NCBI RefSeq assembly: GCF_009914755.1
Contig: NC_060937.1
DNA from: the human T2T-CHM13v2.0 reference genome, Homo sapiens
DNA: 64,000 bases
Direction: 5' to 3' (one strand)
The position numbers and the translations under genes are program-made. A model generated the notes under the pieces. The model saw only the letters and a program-made list of their open reading frames with translations, ran no database searches and was not told where the DNA came from. Positions 36,985 through 50,811 of the stretch are shown piece by piece; positions within the stretch are counted from its first letter, which is position 1, and every line of letters begins with the position of its first letter.

Positions 36985-37895
36985 ACCACCCCCGATGCGT
37001 CCACACTGCCACGGCCACAGACACCCACCCCCGATGCGTCCACGCTGCCACGGCCACAGACACCCACCCCCGATGCGTCCATGCTGCCACAGCCACGGAC
37101 ACCCACCCCCGATGCGTCCACACTGCCGCCGGCCACAGACACCCACCCCTGATGCGTTCACACTGCCCCCGGCCACAGACACCCACCCCCGATGCGTCCA
37201 CGCTGCCACGGCCACGGACACCCACCCCTGATGCGTCCACGCTGCCACGGCCACGGACACCCACCCCTGATGCGTCCACACTGCCCCCGGCCACGGACAC
37301 CCACCCCCGATGCGTCCACACTGCCGCCGGCCACGGACACCCACCCCCGATGCGTCCACACTGCCCCGGCCACAGACACCCACCCCCGATGCGTCCATGC
37401 TGCCACAGCCACAGACACCCACCCCCGATGCGTCCATGCTGCCACAGCCACGGACACCCACCCCCGATGCGTCCACACTGCCGCCGGCCACAGACACCCA
37501 CCCCCGATGCGTCCACACTGCCCCGGCCACAGACACCCACCCCCGATGCGTCCACACTGCCCCGGCCACAGACACCCACCCCCGATGCGTCCATGCTGCC
37601 ACAGCCACAGACACCCACCCCTGATGCGTCCACACTGCCCCCGGCCACGGACACCCACCCCTGATGCGTCCACACTGCCCCGGCCACAGACACCCACCCC
37701 CGATGCGTCCACGCTGCCACGGCCACGGACACCCACCCCTGATGCGTCCACGCTGCCACGGCCACGGACACCCACCCCTGATGCGTCCACACTGCCCCCG
37801 GCCACGGACACCCACCCCCGATGCGTCCACACTGCCGCCGGCCACGGACACCCACCCCCGATGCGTCCACACTGCCCCAGCCACAGACACCCACT
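36985..37895. repeat. VNTR, 39-41-bp unit CACCCACCCCYGATGCGTCCACRCTGCC(...)CGGCCACRGA, ~23 copies with several variant types
   Basis: Direct inspection. Confidence 0.96.
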
Positions 37896-40664
37896 GGCGA
37901 TGCGGCCTGAGATGCCACCACACCCTGGCCAGAGGCTCAGCCCACAGCCCATACCCCATGACCTGTACCCACAAAACCTGCAGCTAGCAAGAACCGGCCT
38001 CTGCCTGACCCTGTCATCAGGGGCGGGAACTCCGGTGGCGGGCACACCCAGCGCAATTACAGGGCGAGCATCCGATGCCCTCCTAGTGGGCCGGCCACAA
38101 AGCCTCTCATCAGCCACCCCGTGGAGAACCACAGCCAAAAGCCTGAACCGCACGAGATTTGGCGTCTCAATGGCACCTTCAGAATAGGAGAAAATAGCAA
38201 ATCGAAACTTTGGTTTTCCGTTCCTTATTTACGACTCAGGACAAGACTGCCTGAGAGAGCAGCAGACTCCAAGTGCAGGCTGCAGTGCAGTGTCTGTTCT
38301 GGAGGGGGGGCTACCGCCTCCCCAGCCCACACATGCTCACCCCTCCCTCCCCACACACACGTTCACACCCTCCCCACACACGCTACCCACTCCCCTCCCC
38401 ACACACGTTCGCCCCCTCCCCTCCCCACACACGTTCACCTGAGCATTGCCCACACCAGCGTCAGCAGCCCTCACAGGAAGGGTGGCCCCCAGGCTCTCGG
38501 CCCCCCGAGCCCAGCTTCCATCTCGGGCCATAAACACCCTTTGGCCAATTGGCGCACCCTCCTCCAACAGACTGTGACCTCCCCAAGCCCCAGAATCCCT
38601 GGAGATGGAGAGCACGCCTGGCCCCCAGTCAGGGCAGGTAGTCTCCAGGGCCAAGCCGTCACCTCAGAAGGGTGGGTGGGGCTCTCCCCAGGAGGAGGGC
38701 AGGTCCGGGACTGGGAGGACGACCCCCACGCAAGCCCCCACCCTGCCCTTGGGCTCCAGCCTCATCCCCAGCAGCCGCCAGCCCTCTGAGATGCCAGGGT
38801 GCCATGGACCCTGCACTGAGGGGTGCTCACTGGGCAGCCGTGTGACCAGCAAGCAGAGGCAGGTTCACAGCAGCAGTGGAGCTCTCCAGAGGCAACTCCA
38901 CCAAGGGGTGCCGCAGAGCTCTGTACCCCCAAATTTATGAGGAGCCCGGCTTTGGGAGGGGACATCTAGGGGAAAAGGGCTCAGGAGGCCTCAGCCAAGG
39001 AGGAGCAGCACTGGCAGCCCCCCTCCTCCAGCACGGGGACAGGGACCACCGGCATCGAAGCTCCTCACCTGCCTCCTGCCTGACAAGGCCACAGGCACAT
39101 CCGGGGCCAGCACTGACCAGACGCTCCCTCCGCCTCGCTTCACCCAGCCTGAGGCTGGACGGGAGGCACTGGCGTCTGCAGCACATCCACAGCATTCCAG
39201 AAACGACAGAAACCAGGCCAGGCTCTGAGTAGCCCGTCCGTTGTCCTGACACCTGACCATGACGGCATATTTACGGTGTCTTCTCAATCTTTGAAAAATA
39301 TTTTTAAGAGAACATGAGAACAAATCAATATTCCAGTGGCCTAAGGAAGTCAGCTAGCTGTGAAACTATTACGGTAAGCTACACAGTGGGGGAATCAGCG
39401 TGGGGGAAAGGAAGCGGGCATTCCACAGTGCAAGACTCTGACACACAGAGCGTCTTGCACCCGCCCTGAGCTGAGCAGTCCTGACCCTAAAGAGCTGCCA
39501 TTCCTCTGGGGCCACGGCAGGAAATCGCAGGCACTGAGTGGGAGGAAGAGGATGACCGGGTGTTGGGATGGGTGCACATCGCAGAGCGGCACACGGCAGC
39601 CTCCGGATGGGCGCATGGCAGAGCGGCACACGGCCTCTGCTGTCTTTTCCGATGAACTTTCAATAATACATAGAAACATATGGGTTTAATGTTTCCTGTG
39701 TGTGTTTACAGATGTGTGTTTAATATTGAATATGTGTGCGCGCACCGTATCTCCACGGAGCAAAATAAGAATGGAGAGAAACTAACGCAAAGAAAGACGC
39801 TAACGTGCCAGGCTTTCAGTGGGGACAACTTCTCATTCTTGAAAACTTAAAATTAGCTTTTCCAAAACATCTATAAAGCAACAGAAATGCTTACAAATTT
39901 AACAGCATTTGAGATTATTGTAAATAAAAATGATAGGTCTAATTTTTCTTTTGCCAACATTTCCTTCGTTTATATTGACAGTCAACTCATTACGTGTAAC
40001 AATAATGGCAATTTTTCCTAATGAAGTTTAAACATAAAATATAAAACAATGTAATTCGGAGCTTTGTAAATAAATGCCCATTTTACTTAGCGTAGGTGTA
40101 GAAATTCACACCCAAGTCCCACTTAGAACACGCTTCCCGCTCCGGAGCATAAGCCCCTGGCGTGGGGAGGGGTTGGGCTCTGTCTGAACTGATCACCACC
40201 ACTGCTTTATTAATTGTTTTTGGCTTAACACCTGAACCAGCTGGGTGCAAACTATGACACACATTACAAAACCACCTGTCCATCCTCCAGGCACATGGAA
40301 GGCACACGGCCCACAGAAACCAAACTATATGCTGCGTCCCATTTAGAAAGCTCTGCGTATGTTTAAAATTAAAAGTCTTATAAGGAAACTATTTTTCTGT
40401 ATTTTAAAATGTTCTTAATTACAAAGAAATAGATATTCATTCTAGCCAGTTAAGTCTCCAGGTAGAAAAAGTTAACTCTTTTCCCTCCCTCAGCCAGGCC
40501 CCCCCAGAGCCACATCTGGCAAGGACGGCTTGGTGTGCACGCCCACACCTCCTCTCTCGTGCACGGCCACATCTGGATCAGATGTGCAGGCATTTCAACA
40601 TGGCAGTCTCCATCCAGCCACGGTCTGCGGACAGCGTTCAGGCTCCAGCCTTGACCCTCACGGG

Positions 40665-40878
40665 GTACGTGGCCTGTGTGTCTGCCTTTGTGTCCTGGTC
40701 CTCGCAGGGGACAGGCCTGTGTGTCCCACGTTCGTGTCCTGGTCTTCGCAGGGGATGTGGCCTGTGTGTCCCTCCTTCGTATCCTGACCCTTGCGGGGGA
40801 CGGGCCTGTGTGTCCCTCCTTCGTGTCCTGACCCTCGCGGGGGACGGGCCTGTGTGTCCTGCCTTCGTGCACCCTGAC
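40665..40878. repeat. Diverged VNTR, ~41-45-bp unit, ~5 copies
   Basis: gggggacgggcctgtgtgtccctccttcgtgtcctgaccctcgc repeated. Confidence 0.85.
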
Positions 40879-41631
40879 ACCATGGGTCTGATTTTCCCAC
40901 GCTGGAGGTCTGCTTCTGAACAGCTGCATCTCCTCCTGCAGGGGAAGCTGTCTGTTCACCCAGGTGCCTGTCCTGTCTGAGGGCTGGGCTCTTCCTACCC
41001 AAGGGTTGGGGGCTGGCCTGTCCCTCATGACCCAGGCAGGCGGCCGGGGCTCCCCGGAACTCCAGGCTGCTGTGGGTGTCTGCTCTGCCCTGGGTGAGGC
41101 TCTAGAAGATTCCTGTGGAAGCGACTGTGTCTAGGGGAGCCCATTCCCCAGTTTAAAGGACGTCCCCCACCATGGCTATCCACATGCCCAGTCCTCTCAG
41201 GAAGTTCCAGGCTGCCAGAATCAGAGGAAGCAGAAGCCGCTGTCCTTCAGCAGGACCCTGCAAAAGCAGGATGAATCAGCGGGGCCATTCAGAACAAGGT
41301 TCAAATTACTGCTGCACTTTTCAGAATGGAGCCAGGCTCAGTGTTTCAGAACCAGAGGCTGACGCGGATCAGCTCGCACCCGGCCTGGGACCTGAGCCAG
41401 CCCCTGAGTGCCACTCTCCACGGCCGCCTCAGAGGCTAAGCCTCTCCAAGCCTGCTTCCTCGCCGGCATGGTGGGGGTGGCCCTGCCATCCCCTAGGGGC
41501 TCTGCGGGATCCCCTGAACACTACGAAAAACCTGAGCCCCACTCCTGGCCACTGGGTAAGGACCTCTCCGAGCCTTTCTCCTTCCCATTCACTCCCACCC
41601 CCAGGCAGGAGCGACCAGTGCTGAGAAGTCC

Positions 41632-42057
41632 TATCATCCCACAACCCATCATCCTCCGTCATCCCCTGTCCGTCACCCCGCAGCTGTCATCCCCCATCAC
41701 CCCGTGTCTGTCACCCCGCGTCTGTCACCCCGTCTGTCACCCTGCATCCGTCACCCCATGTCTGTCACCCTGAAACCATCACCCCATCTGTCACCCCACA
41801 TCCGTCATCCCGCGTCCATCACCCCGCGTCCATCACCCCCATCCGTCACCCCATGTCCGTCACCCCATCCATCACCCCGCGTCCATCATCCCCCATCCAT
41901 CACCCCCCGTCCGTCATCCTCCGTCCATCACCCCACGTCCATGATCCCCCGTCCGTCACCCCGCATCCATCACCCCATGTCCATCACCCCACGTCCATCA
42001 CCCCATGTCCATTATCCCCTGTCTGTCACCCCGCGTCCGCCATCCACATCCCATCAC
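41632..42057. repeat. Degenerate short-unit repeat (CCRTCACCCCRYGT, ~12-15 bp)
   Basis: ccatcaccccgcgt and ccgtcaccccatgt repeated. Confidence 0.88.
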
Positions 42058-44487
42058 CAGGTGCTGTTTTCTTGGTGCTAGAGCAAGGTGGGATTCACAC
42101 CTTGTGTGCACAGCTTCTGAGTCACTGGGCGGCTGGGCACAGCCTAACTCAGGAGCAGGGACCCACGGAGGGTGTGGCGACGACACAGCCCTCAGCTTGC
42201 TCTCCAGGAGTTCTTCTGATACCTCGAGGACACTCTGGACCCTGTGTCTGGGTCCCAGCCCTTCCGTAACAACGTGGCTCCTCTGAATCAGTCACAAGGA
42301 AGATCCAACTTAACACAGAGAGTTTTTCCCAAACAGCAGAACTGGCAGCAACACAGGCATCCTGCAGTTCAGTCCACTGCATGCAGCGTGCAGGTGTCGG
42401 AGGGCGAGGCTGCTGTGGGCTCCCGGCGGACGGTGGCAGGGCAGGCCCAGGTCTCTATCACAGCAAGGCCTCTCCACTCGGCCCCCTCCACCTGTTTACA
42501 ACCTCAAGCTGGGTCAAAACCCCAGGGGTACTCAGAGGGAGTGTTTCTCCCCAACTGGATTCCTTAAGCCAGAGGGCAGGCGGCAGGGTCCTGGCCTGAC
42601 AAACACACACGGGCCCCCGAACACGACCGGCTCCGTGACCGTCACAGGACGTTCAGGTGGCTTCATTTTCAGTCCACGCCTCTGGTGCCAGGGTCTTGCT
42701 TGGCACTTGTGTGAACGGCGACCACGTGAAGCCTCTGTCTTGAGAAAAGTGTAAACAGCAGCTGCCTTTCAAGGCACTGAGGCCTTCCTCGAACTCAGCT
42801 CATTTGTGCTGCGTGGTTCCCAGTCCAAACCCTCCTGTTCACAGCCTCCTCTTGCCTCAAGCATCTTAGAGCTCCACTCCAATCCACACCCCAGCTGCCT
42901 TTTACAAAATCCCAAGCCAATGACAGCTTGAAAATAAAGTGAGAAAAACACCGACCAACATTTACTCAGCACCTACGGTGGGCTGCGGACGTTGACACAG
43001 GGTCCTCTCTAATCTTCCATACAGATCAGCCATGAGGGCCGCGGAGAGGAGAAAAGCACAGCTGAGCTGTTTTCTCTTAAAGCAACATAAACGTCAAAGC
43101 AAAACTGGAGCCCAGGACTCTCTGACTTAAGCTCATCCTCCTTCCGCTCCATCCCGGCTGTGCACACCTGGAGACCAGGCCCTCGAGCCTCCAAACGCCG
43201 TGAGCAGCCTCCTCCTGCTGTGACTTCCAAAGAGACGTCACCAGAGGCGGGGCTGGCGCAGGGCCACGAGGCAGGCGACTGGGTCTCTTTGACCGGGGGT
43301 GGCCTCGCGGCGGCACGAGACTCAGCATCATGTGGGTCTAGCTCTGGGAATCGAGGCAGCCCCCAGAACACCCTTGGGGCGCAACTTCCCGGTGAACGTC
43401 CCGTCTCCTCAGCCACCCACAGATGCTGCCACAGCTGCACCCTCAGGGCAACGAGCGTCTGGCGGAGCCCAGTGAGAGCCGTGAAACACAGACCTCAGGG
43501 CCAGGCCCTCTCCCCATCACAGAAACCTGACCAGTCACAGGTGGCTGCAGCCTGGGTGGTTGGTAAAAGAAAAATTATTCCTTCTATAACCAGAAAAAAA
43601 TACTGAATCAACAGACACAGAAATGCTCAGAATAAAACAAAAAATCTAAGTCAGTGGGACAGAATTCAGCAGTCCCCAGGGGGGCCTGGAAGCTGGACCC
43701 CTGCTCTGGGTCTACGGGCTTACATGGCTGCCAGGACCAGGGAGAGACAGACCCGGGCCCCTGACCATACCCTGTGCTGTAACGCCTGCAAGGTAGATTT
43801 TAAGTAATTTAAAAATTATCAAAAGGATAACATTTCATGCCTGTGAACATTACGTGCAACTCAAATCTCAGTGTCTGAAATAAGGTGAAATGGATACAGT
43901 CCGGCTCACTGGACGGCACCGTGCCTGCGGCTGCTTCCCTGCACAGCTGCATGACCCCTGGCCCTACACAGGACAGGTTCTGCGCACTCGGCCGCCACCT
44001 TCCTTACACGGCTTCTCAGGAAAGCAGCAGGCAGCTGTGGCCCAGCGTGAGCCGGCAAAGCACTTCCCTCCCAGAGCCCCGTTTCCTCATCAGCAACAAA
44101 CACAACAAGCTTCCTCCCCTGGCTGCTGTGAGGACCGACAGCCCCTCCTGGCACCTGCACAGGGCATGACACGCACATCACAGCCGCCTTCACCCGCTCA
44201 GCCTCCCGCGTCCCCACAGCCCGGACCGGAGCCTCAGAGCACCAGGACACACCCATCCGGACACCGGCAGGTTTGACACCACAGACTGTGCTTGGCTGGG
44301 GAGTGAGAATCCTCCTGAGAGAGCCACGGTGTCCCAGGTGGGGGGCAGCAGAGTGAGGGTCTGGCCGTGGGCCCCGGTCGGGGGCTGAGCCACGCTCTGG
44401 TCAGGAAAGACATCGCCAGACACCTGTCATAATCCAGGGCTGCTCAAAGTAAAAAAAAAAAAAACCTAAAACTGCAACATGGAACGG

Positions 44488-44908
44488 CACAAACGAGCTG
44501 CAGGCGGAGTTCTAACGGGCTGAGCCTCAAACCAGCTGCAGGCCGAGTTCTAACGGGCTGAGCCACAAACGAGCTGCAGGCCGAGTTCTAACGGGCTGAG
44601 CCACAAACGAGCTGCAGGCCGAGTTCTAACGGGCTGAGCCTCAAACGAGCTGCAGGCCGAGTTCTAACGGGCTGAGCCTCAAACGAGCTGCAGGCCGCGT
44701 TCTAACGGGCTGAGCCTCAAACGAGCTGCAGGCCGAGTTCTAACGGGCTGAGCCTCAAACGAGCTGCAGGCGGAGTTCTAAGGAGCTGAGCCTCAAACCA
44801 GCTGCAGGCCGAGTTCTAACGGGCTGAGCCTCAAACGAGCTGCAGGCCGAGTTCTAACGGGCTGAGCCTCAAACGAGCTGCAGGCTGAGTTCTAACGGGC
44901 TGAGCCTC
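44488..44908. repeat. VNTR, 38-bp unit AAACGAGCTGCAGGCCGAGTTCTAACGGGCTGAGCCTC, ~11 copies
   Basis: Period 38 is visible. Confidence 0.96.
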
Positions 44909-46814
44909 TAAGGAGGGAAACGTCACTTCCTGCCTCACACAGAGCCCAGCATCTCCATGTCCACTGATAGCCTTGGTATTTGCAACTATGTCCATGACCA
45001 TCTCTGTTTCTCCAAAACAGCCTCTAGCTACATAAACTGTTTAGAAAACCTCATGCGTAAAGCAGAGTATGTCAAACCTCCATCTGTGGTCAGGAGTTAG
45101 GACATCCCCAGCTGCAATTTGAGCAAAGACGGCGCTTCCAGAGGATCATCGGATCCTGTGTCTTGGTTGGGGTTGGGGCCCATCAACTTAAAATAGCTTC
45201 TGTTTATGCTGGTGAAGGAGGCACAGACTTCACCCTATCTAATTCCAAGGAACAGGCGAGGGTGGGAGCTGTAGCGGAAGAGACAAAAGCAAAAGGCAGA
45301 TTCGCCCCTTTGTGTGGTCCCGTAAGTGACACTGTCCCTCCCTCTCCCTGGAAACAGCAGCCCCCAGGCACCCCCCCCCCCAGCAACTGGGACAAGGGCA
45401 CACCAGGCTAATTTTTAATCAGATGGATTTAGTGATAGCAAATAAAGGAGAACAAAACCCTCAGCCAGGCTATTGTGAATGGGTGTTACCAAAAAATGGC
45501 ATTAGCAGGGCACCAGGGGCCAGGCCAGCTCCAGGCAGCCCCGCATCTGCTCAGCAATCCCCGGAGTCTTCTAGGGGGCCTGGGGCAGCCGGAACCTGGC
45601 CGGGTGGAGGATTTCTACCACGAGAAAGTCAGGGCCCTCCCCGAAGGAGCAGAAGCTCTGCAGGTGACTGTTTGGGAAGCTGGTCTGCTCCTGATACTCT
45701 GCAGGAAGAGAATCACACTCTTTAGACCGGGGTCTCAGATTTCAGCCGGACGGGAACTCTCTGCAGGGCCGGTGGAAAGAGATCGCCAGCCCCAGCTCTG
45801 TAGGGGTGCGGCCTGCCTCGAGCACTTCACACGCGTGCCCGGGGATGCTGGTGCTGCAGGTATGGGGACCCCGCTAGGAGAGCCCCGGGTTAAGGGTTGG
45901 TAACTGGAGAATGGGGTGGGGGTATGCCAGCTCTCCCTGCTTGCCCTGGTCCCACACACTCAGGCCTGTGTGGCCAGCGTGGTCCTCCTTTCCCACAGCC
46001 AAGGTGCCCCGACTGCCAGCGTCCACTCCCCATGGGGCCGCAGGGTACACCAACATCTGAGGCAGAGGCACCGCTGTGGGCTCATCTCTCAGCTCAAAGG
46101 GTTTCCAAGAGAATCCTCAGCAAAAAAGCAACACTCGCCGTTCAGAGAGTGAATGAGAGGCCAGCAGGGGGCTGGGAAGGTGCTTAGCTCAGGGAGGGCT
46201 GGAGGGTGGGACTAGGAGGCACTAAAGGCCTTGGGGCTCAGAGAAAGGCCCAGCCCATCCCAGCAGAGGCCGACCAGGACTCCAGAGCCCGTGGAGGCCC
46301 TGCCATGCACGGGAAGCCTTTCCCGACTTGGGGGCAGGAGCTGGAGGGCTGGGATGATCCTAAGGGGATGCTCGGCCATAAGCCACATGCCAAGTCCAGA
46401 GCCCAACAGCTGCTGTACCTCCTGGGCTGTTTCCACGGATGAGGCTTCTCTGAATGTAAGTTTGTCTGCTCAGCCACACCGGCCTCCTCCTGGCACGTCG
46501 TCTCTCACAGGCACCTCCTTCCATGGAGACTGGGGGCCTCAGACGGCTCTTCCCGACAGGGCCCTGCACTTGGGCAGATGCACCTGTGGCTTGAGCTCAG
46601 CACAGCACATAGTGGCTGGCAAGGAACGGAAGGAAAATTGGAGAAATGTATCTAAAATGTCAAGCAGACCTCTGCTACACTCACTGGGAAGAACCATGTT
46701 GCTTCTGACGAATTTCTTAAAAAGAGAGAAAGATGCCAATGAGAAAACCAGAGGGGACAAATGCTACCCGGGAATGTAAAACAGTTGCCATCAGAGACTG
46801 GCTGGCTCACATTG

Positions 46815-48162
46815 TGTCCACCAATCCACCCACCACGGCGAGTGATGTCCGTACAGCTCACACCGCATCCATCAATCCACCCACCACGGCGAGTGATGTC
46901 CGTACAGCTCACACCGCGTCCATCAGTCCACCCACCATGGCGAGTGATGTCCGTACAGCTCACACCGCGTCCATCAGTCCACCCACCATGGCGAGTGATG
47001 TCCGTACAGCTCACACCGCGTCCATCAGTCCACCCACCATGGCGAGTGATGTCCGTACAGCTCACACCGCGTCCATCAGTCCACCCACCATGGCGAGTGA
47101 TGTCCGTACAGCTCACACCGCGTCCATCAGTCCACCCACCATGGCGAGTGATGTCCGTACAGCTCACACCGCGTCCATCAGTCCACCCACCATGGCGAGT
47201 GATGTCCGTACAGCTCACACCGCGTCCATCAGTCCACCCACCATGGCGAGTGATGTCCGTACAGCTCACACCGCGTCCATCAGTCCACCCACCATGGCGA
47301 GTGATGTCCGTACAGCTCACACCGCGTCCATCAGTCCACCCACCATGGCGAGTGATGTCCGTACAGCTCACACCGCGTCCATCAGTCCACCCACCATGGC
47401 GAGTGATGTCCGTACAGCTCACACCGCGTCCATCAGTCCACCCACCATGGCGAGTGATGTCCGTACAGCTCACACCGCGTCCATCAGTCCACCCACCATG
47501 GCGAGTGATGTCCGTACAGCTCACACCGCGTCCATCAGTCCACCCACCATGGCGAGTGATGTCCGTACAGCTCACACCGCGTCCATCAGTCCACCCACCA
47601 TGGCGAGTGATGTCCGTACAGCTCACACCGCGTCCATCAGTCCACCCACCATGGCGAGTGATGTCCGTACAGCTCACACCGCGTCCATCAGTCCACCCAC
47701 CATGGCGAGTGATGTCCGTACAGCTCACACCGCGTCCATCAGTCCACCCACCATGGCGAGTGATGTCCGTACAGCTCACACCGCGTCCATCAGTCCACCC
47801 ACCATGGCGAGTGATGTCCGTACAGCTCACACCGCGTCCATCAGTCCACCCACCATGGCGAGTGATGTCCGTACAGCTCACACCGCGTCCATCAGTCCAC
47901 CCACCATGGCGAGTGATGTCCGTACAGCTCACACCGCGTCCATCAGTCCACCCACCATGGCGAGTGATGTCCGTACAGCTCACACCGCGTCCATCAGTCC
48001 ACCCACCATGGCGAGTGATGTCCGTACAGCTCACACCGCGTCCATCAGTCCACCCACCATGGCGAGTGATGTCCGTACAGCTCACACCGCGTCCATCAGT
48101 CCACCCACCATGGCGAGTGATGTCCGTATAGCTCACACCGCATCCATCAATCCACCCACCAC
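46815..48162. repeat. VNTR, 51-bp unit CCACCCACCATGGCGAGTGATGTCCGTACAGCTCACACCGCGTCCATCAGT, ~26 copies
   Basis: Interior units are essentially identical; 17-aa periodic ORFs of 456-534 aa. Confidence 0.98.
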
Positions 48163-49022
48163 AGCAAGTGTCTGCGATGTCTGTAGTGTCTGCGATGTCT
48201 GTAGTATCTGCAATGTCCATGCAGCTCTCACCATGTCCATCAATCCACCCCACCACGGTGAGCGTCTGCGATGTCCGTGCAGGGGAGAGAGACCTGGCCT
48301 ATCCTCAGCACAGCCCATGTGACGTTAGAAAGGCAACCGCAAATTCAGCTGCGGAGTGCAAAACGAATTTCCTCCTGTCACACGCTAACTTTCTGTTCTG
48401 GATTTCCTGGGGTTTCCTTTATTAGACTTGAGTCCAGAACTCCTCTAGAAACATTCTCTGGGATATCTTGACCTGGCACGCAGAGGGGTGAAGGAACGGG
48501 GACACGGATGGATGGAGGGAGATGAACTAATCAGCAAATGCTCCTTGCACATTTCCTAGCTCTGTCAGCCAAAGTGAGGTCTGACCACAAAAGCTACCCA
48601 TTCACTTGCTAAATGGTGCAAAATGGGCCCAGACCCTCATTTTACCTTTACTTAAATAACAGCATATTCTCGTCTGGTCTTTAAACCACACAGGCCAAAA
48701 TGAGTTGAGCACTATCACATATTTAATTGACTCGTAAAAGCAACTTGTTTTTCTTCATCCTTCGCCGACCTTTGTTTATGGGTAACCCTTGATAACATGT
48801 GGGCAGGGTTTCAGTGTAAACCCGAGGGCAGGTTAAACACGCTCCCTCCAAAGCTTACTTGGCTTTGATTTTTCAACCACCCGCCCTCATGTGCAGGGAC
48901 AGGGCAGAGTCGTGACCAACAGTGGAAAGACCCATAGCTCCCAGCTCCAGGGACGACGTGGGGGTGCTAAGCTGGTAAGCTGGGAAATTCCCGGGCACGA
49001 CCCCTGGCCGTGGGTGAAAGCA

Positions 49023-49170
49023 CCCCCAGCCCCACCCCCAGCTGTGAGATGCTGCAGGTTCCCCAGCCCCACCCCCAGCTGTGAGATGCTGCAGGTTCCC
49101 CAGCCCCACCCCCAGCTGTGAGATGCTGCAGGTTCCCCAGCCCCACCCCCAGCTGTGAGATGCTGCAGGT
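49023..49170. repeat. VNTR, 37-bp unit CCCCAGCCCCACCCCCAGCTGTGAGATGCTGCAGGTT, 4 copies
   Basis: Direct inspection. Confidence 0.93.
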
Positions 49171-50811
49171 CCCGGCAGGAGAAGGCTTCTCCACAGAGAG
49201 GCCGCTGAACAAGGCACAGGGCCAGGTCTGGCCGTGTAAAAATACTTGGAACCCATGGGGGGCTTTGTGTGTGGTGTCATCGGCAGCTTCCATTATGTCC
49301 AGCGGTAACATGTTTACGGTCCCTGTGCCGCCGTGCGGTAGCAGTTTTCCCGAGTGTCTCCTGGCTGGGACGGCTGGTGAGGATGTGAGTTCAATAGATG
49401 AACACCCCACCTTGGTGACACAGAGGCTGGACAGTCACACCGACCCTTGGCCCGGGCGAGGCCACGTGTCCCACAAAACATAAGGCTTGGGTTAGTGTCG
49501 GGCACGCGGGGGAGGTGCCTGCCTGCGTGAAGACTGGTCACAAGACAACTTCCCAGTTTAGAAAATGGTTAACTGATTCATTAATACTCACTTCCTGTCG
49601 CAAGAGACTCATGCCCTAGAGATAAAGCCGTCGGAGGCAGAATGCAGGCCTCGAAGCAGCTGGTCATGTCCACGCCCTCTGCAGGCCGCGTGTCCCCCTC
49701 GCTGTCGCCTGCCGATTTGGTGGCTCCTCTCATAACACACAGCCTCCTGTGTATGTTTTTACCCTACAAACGCTCTCTAACCGGTCCAGAGGTCAGAAAC
49801 AGCCGCAGTCTCCTACCTCTATTGCTTCTCAAGGGAAAAGCACAGCCTGGAATGATGAGGAGCCCCCACGCCTTCTCAGTCTCCTGTAACGACGTTGCTA
49901 CAGATGTATGTGTTTGTGTGAAGCTGTATTTAAATGTGAGATTATTCTTCTTGGTTAATATTTTACTTTCTGTCATAACCAGCAGGCTTAAAGAAGAAAC
50001 CCAAACGCTCTGTGAATGGGACATGTGCTCAGAGGCGTCTGCAGTTGAGGCGGGTGACGTTCTGGGGTCCCTGGGAAGTTGTCATCACCCTGCTGACATG
50101 AGTGTGGATGTTGAGGCCTGGAGGGTGACAGGTCACACAGCCAGAGCCTGGCAGCAGCGCAGGGGCGGAACCCCGGGTCCCCTGTGGGCCTGTGCCCTCT
50201 CGGCCAGCCTTGCAACGCGCAGCTAACGCTCTTCAAGAAAACATTCTCTGGAGGAATCCTGCTGGTCCTGAAGTTTTTGGCCTTGAGAAGGTCATCACAG
50301 ACACCCCTCCCCTCGGGCCAGGCCTGCTGTCTTGTCTAAGGGGCCCTATTTTATCTGAGGTGATTTGCAACTCTGAAACACACATACATAAAATAGAAAT
50401 ACCGTCCTCGCTATTAACCTAGAGACCCCCATCCCTACCCCTCCCTATGAATGCTTTTTCATAAACATGCCGCATTCTGAGGAATCCGAAAGACTCCAGC
50501 GTAGGACAGACCGCTGTTCCAAGCCACTGGGAAAGGGGAAACTGGTGACTGAGCGGCGCCCGTCAGAGCCATTAAAACGTGAGGGAAAACTGCACCTTAC
50601 GGCACACGAACCCTTAGAAGAGGCAAAACACTACTGAGTTAATGCTTAATTTATTTGTAATGATAGAAGTTTTTATCACTTTAAATAAAGTTATTTGAAA
50701 AAAGTTATTCAATGGCAGCCTAATAATTTTGCTTAATGAAAAATTAACTCTGCAAATACAGTTTCCACTATTCACATGGAGCCTGCAGGTTTGGAGAATC
50801 CTCTGCATCAG

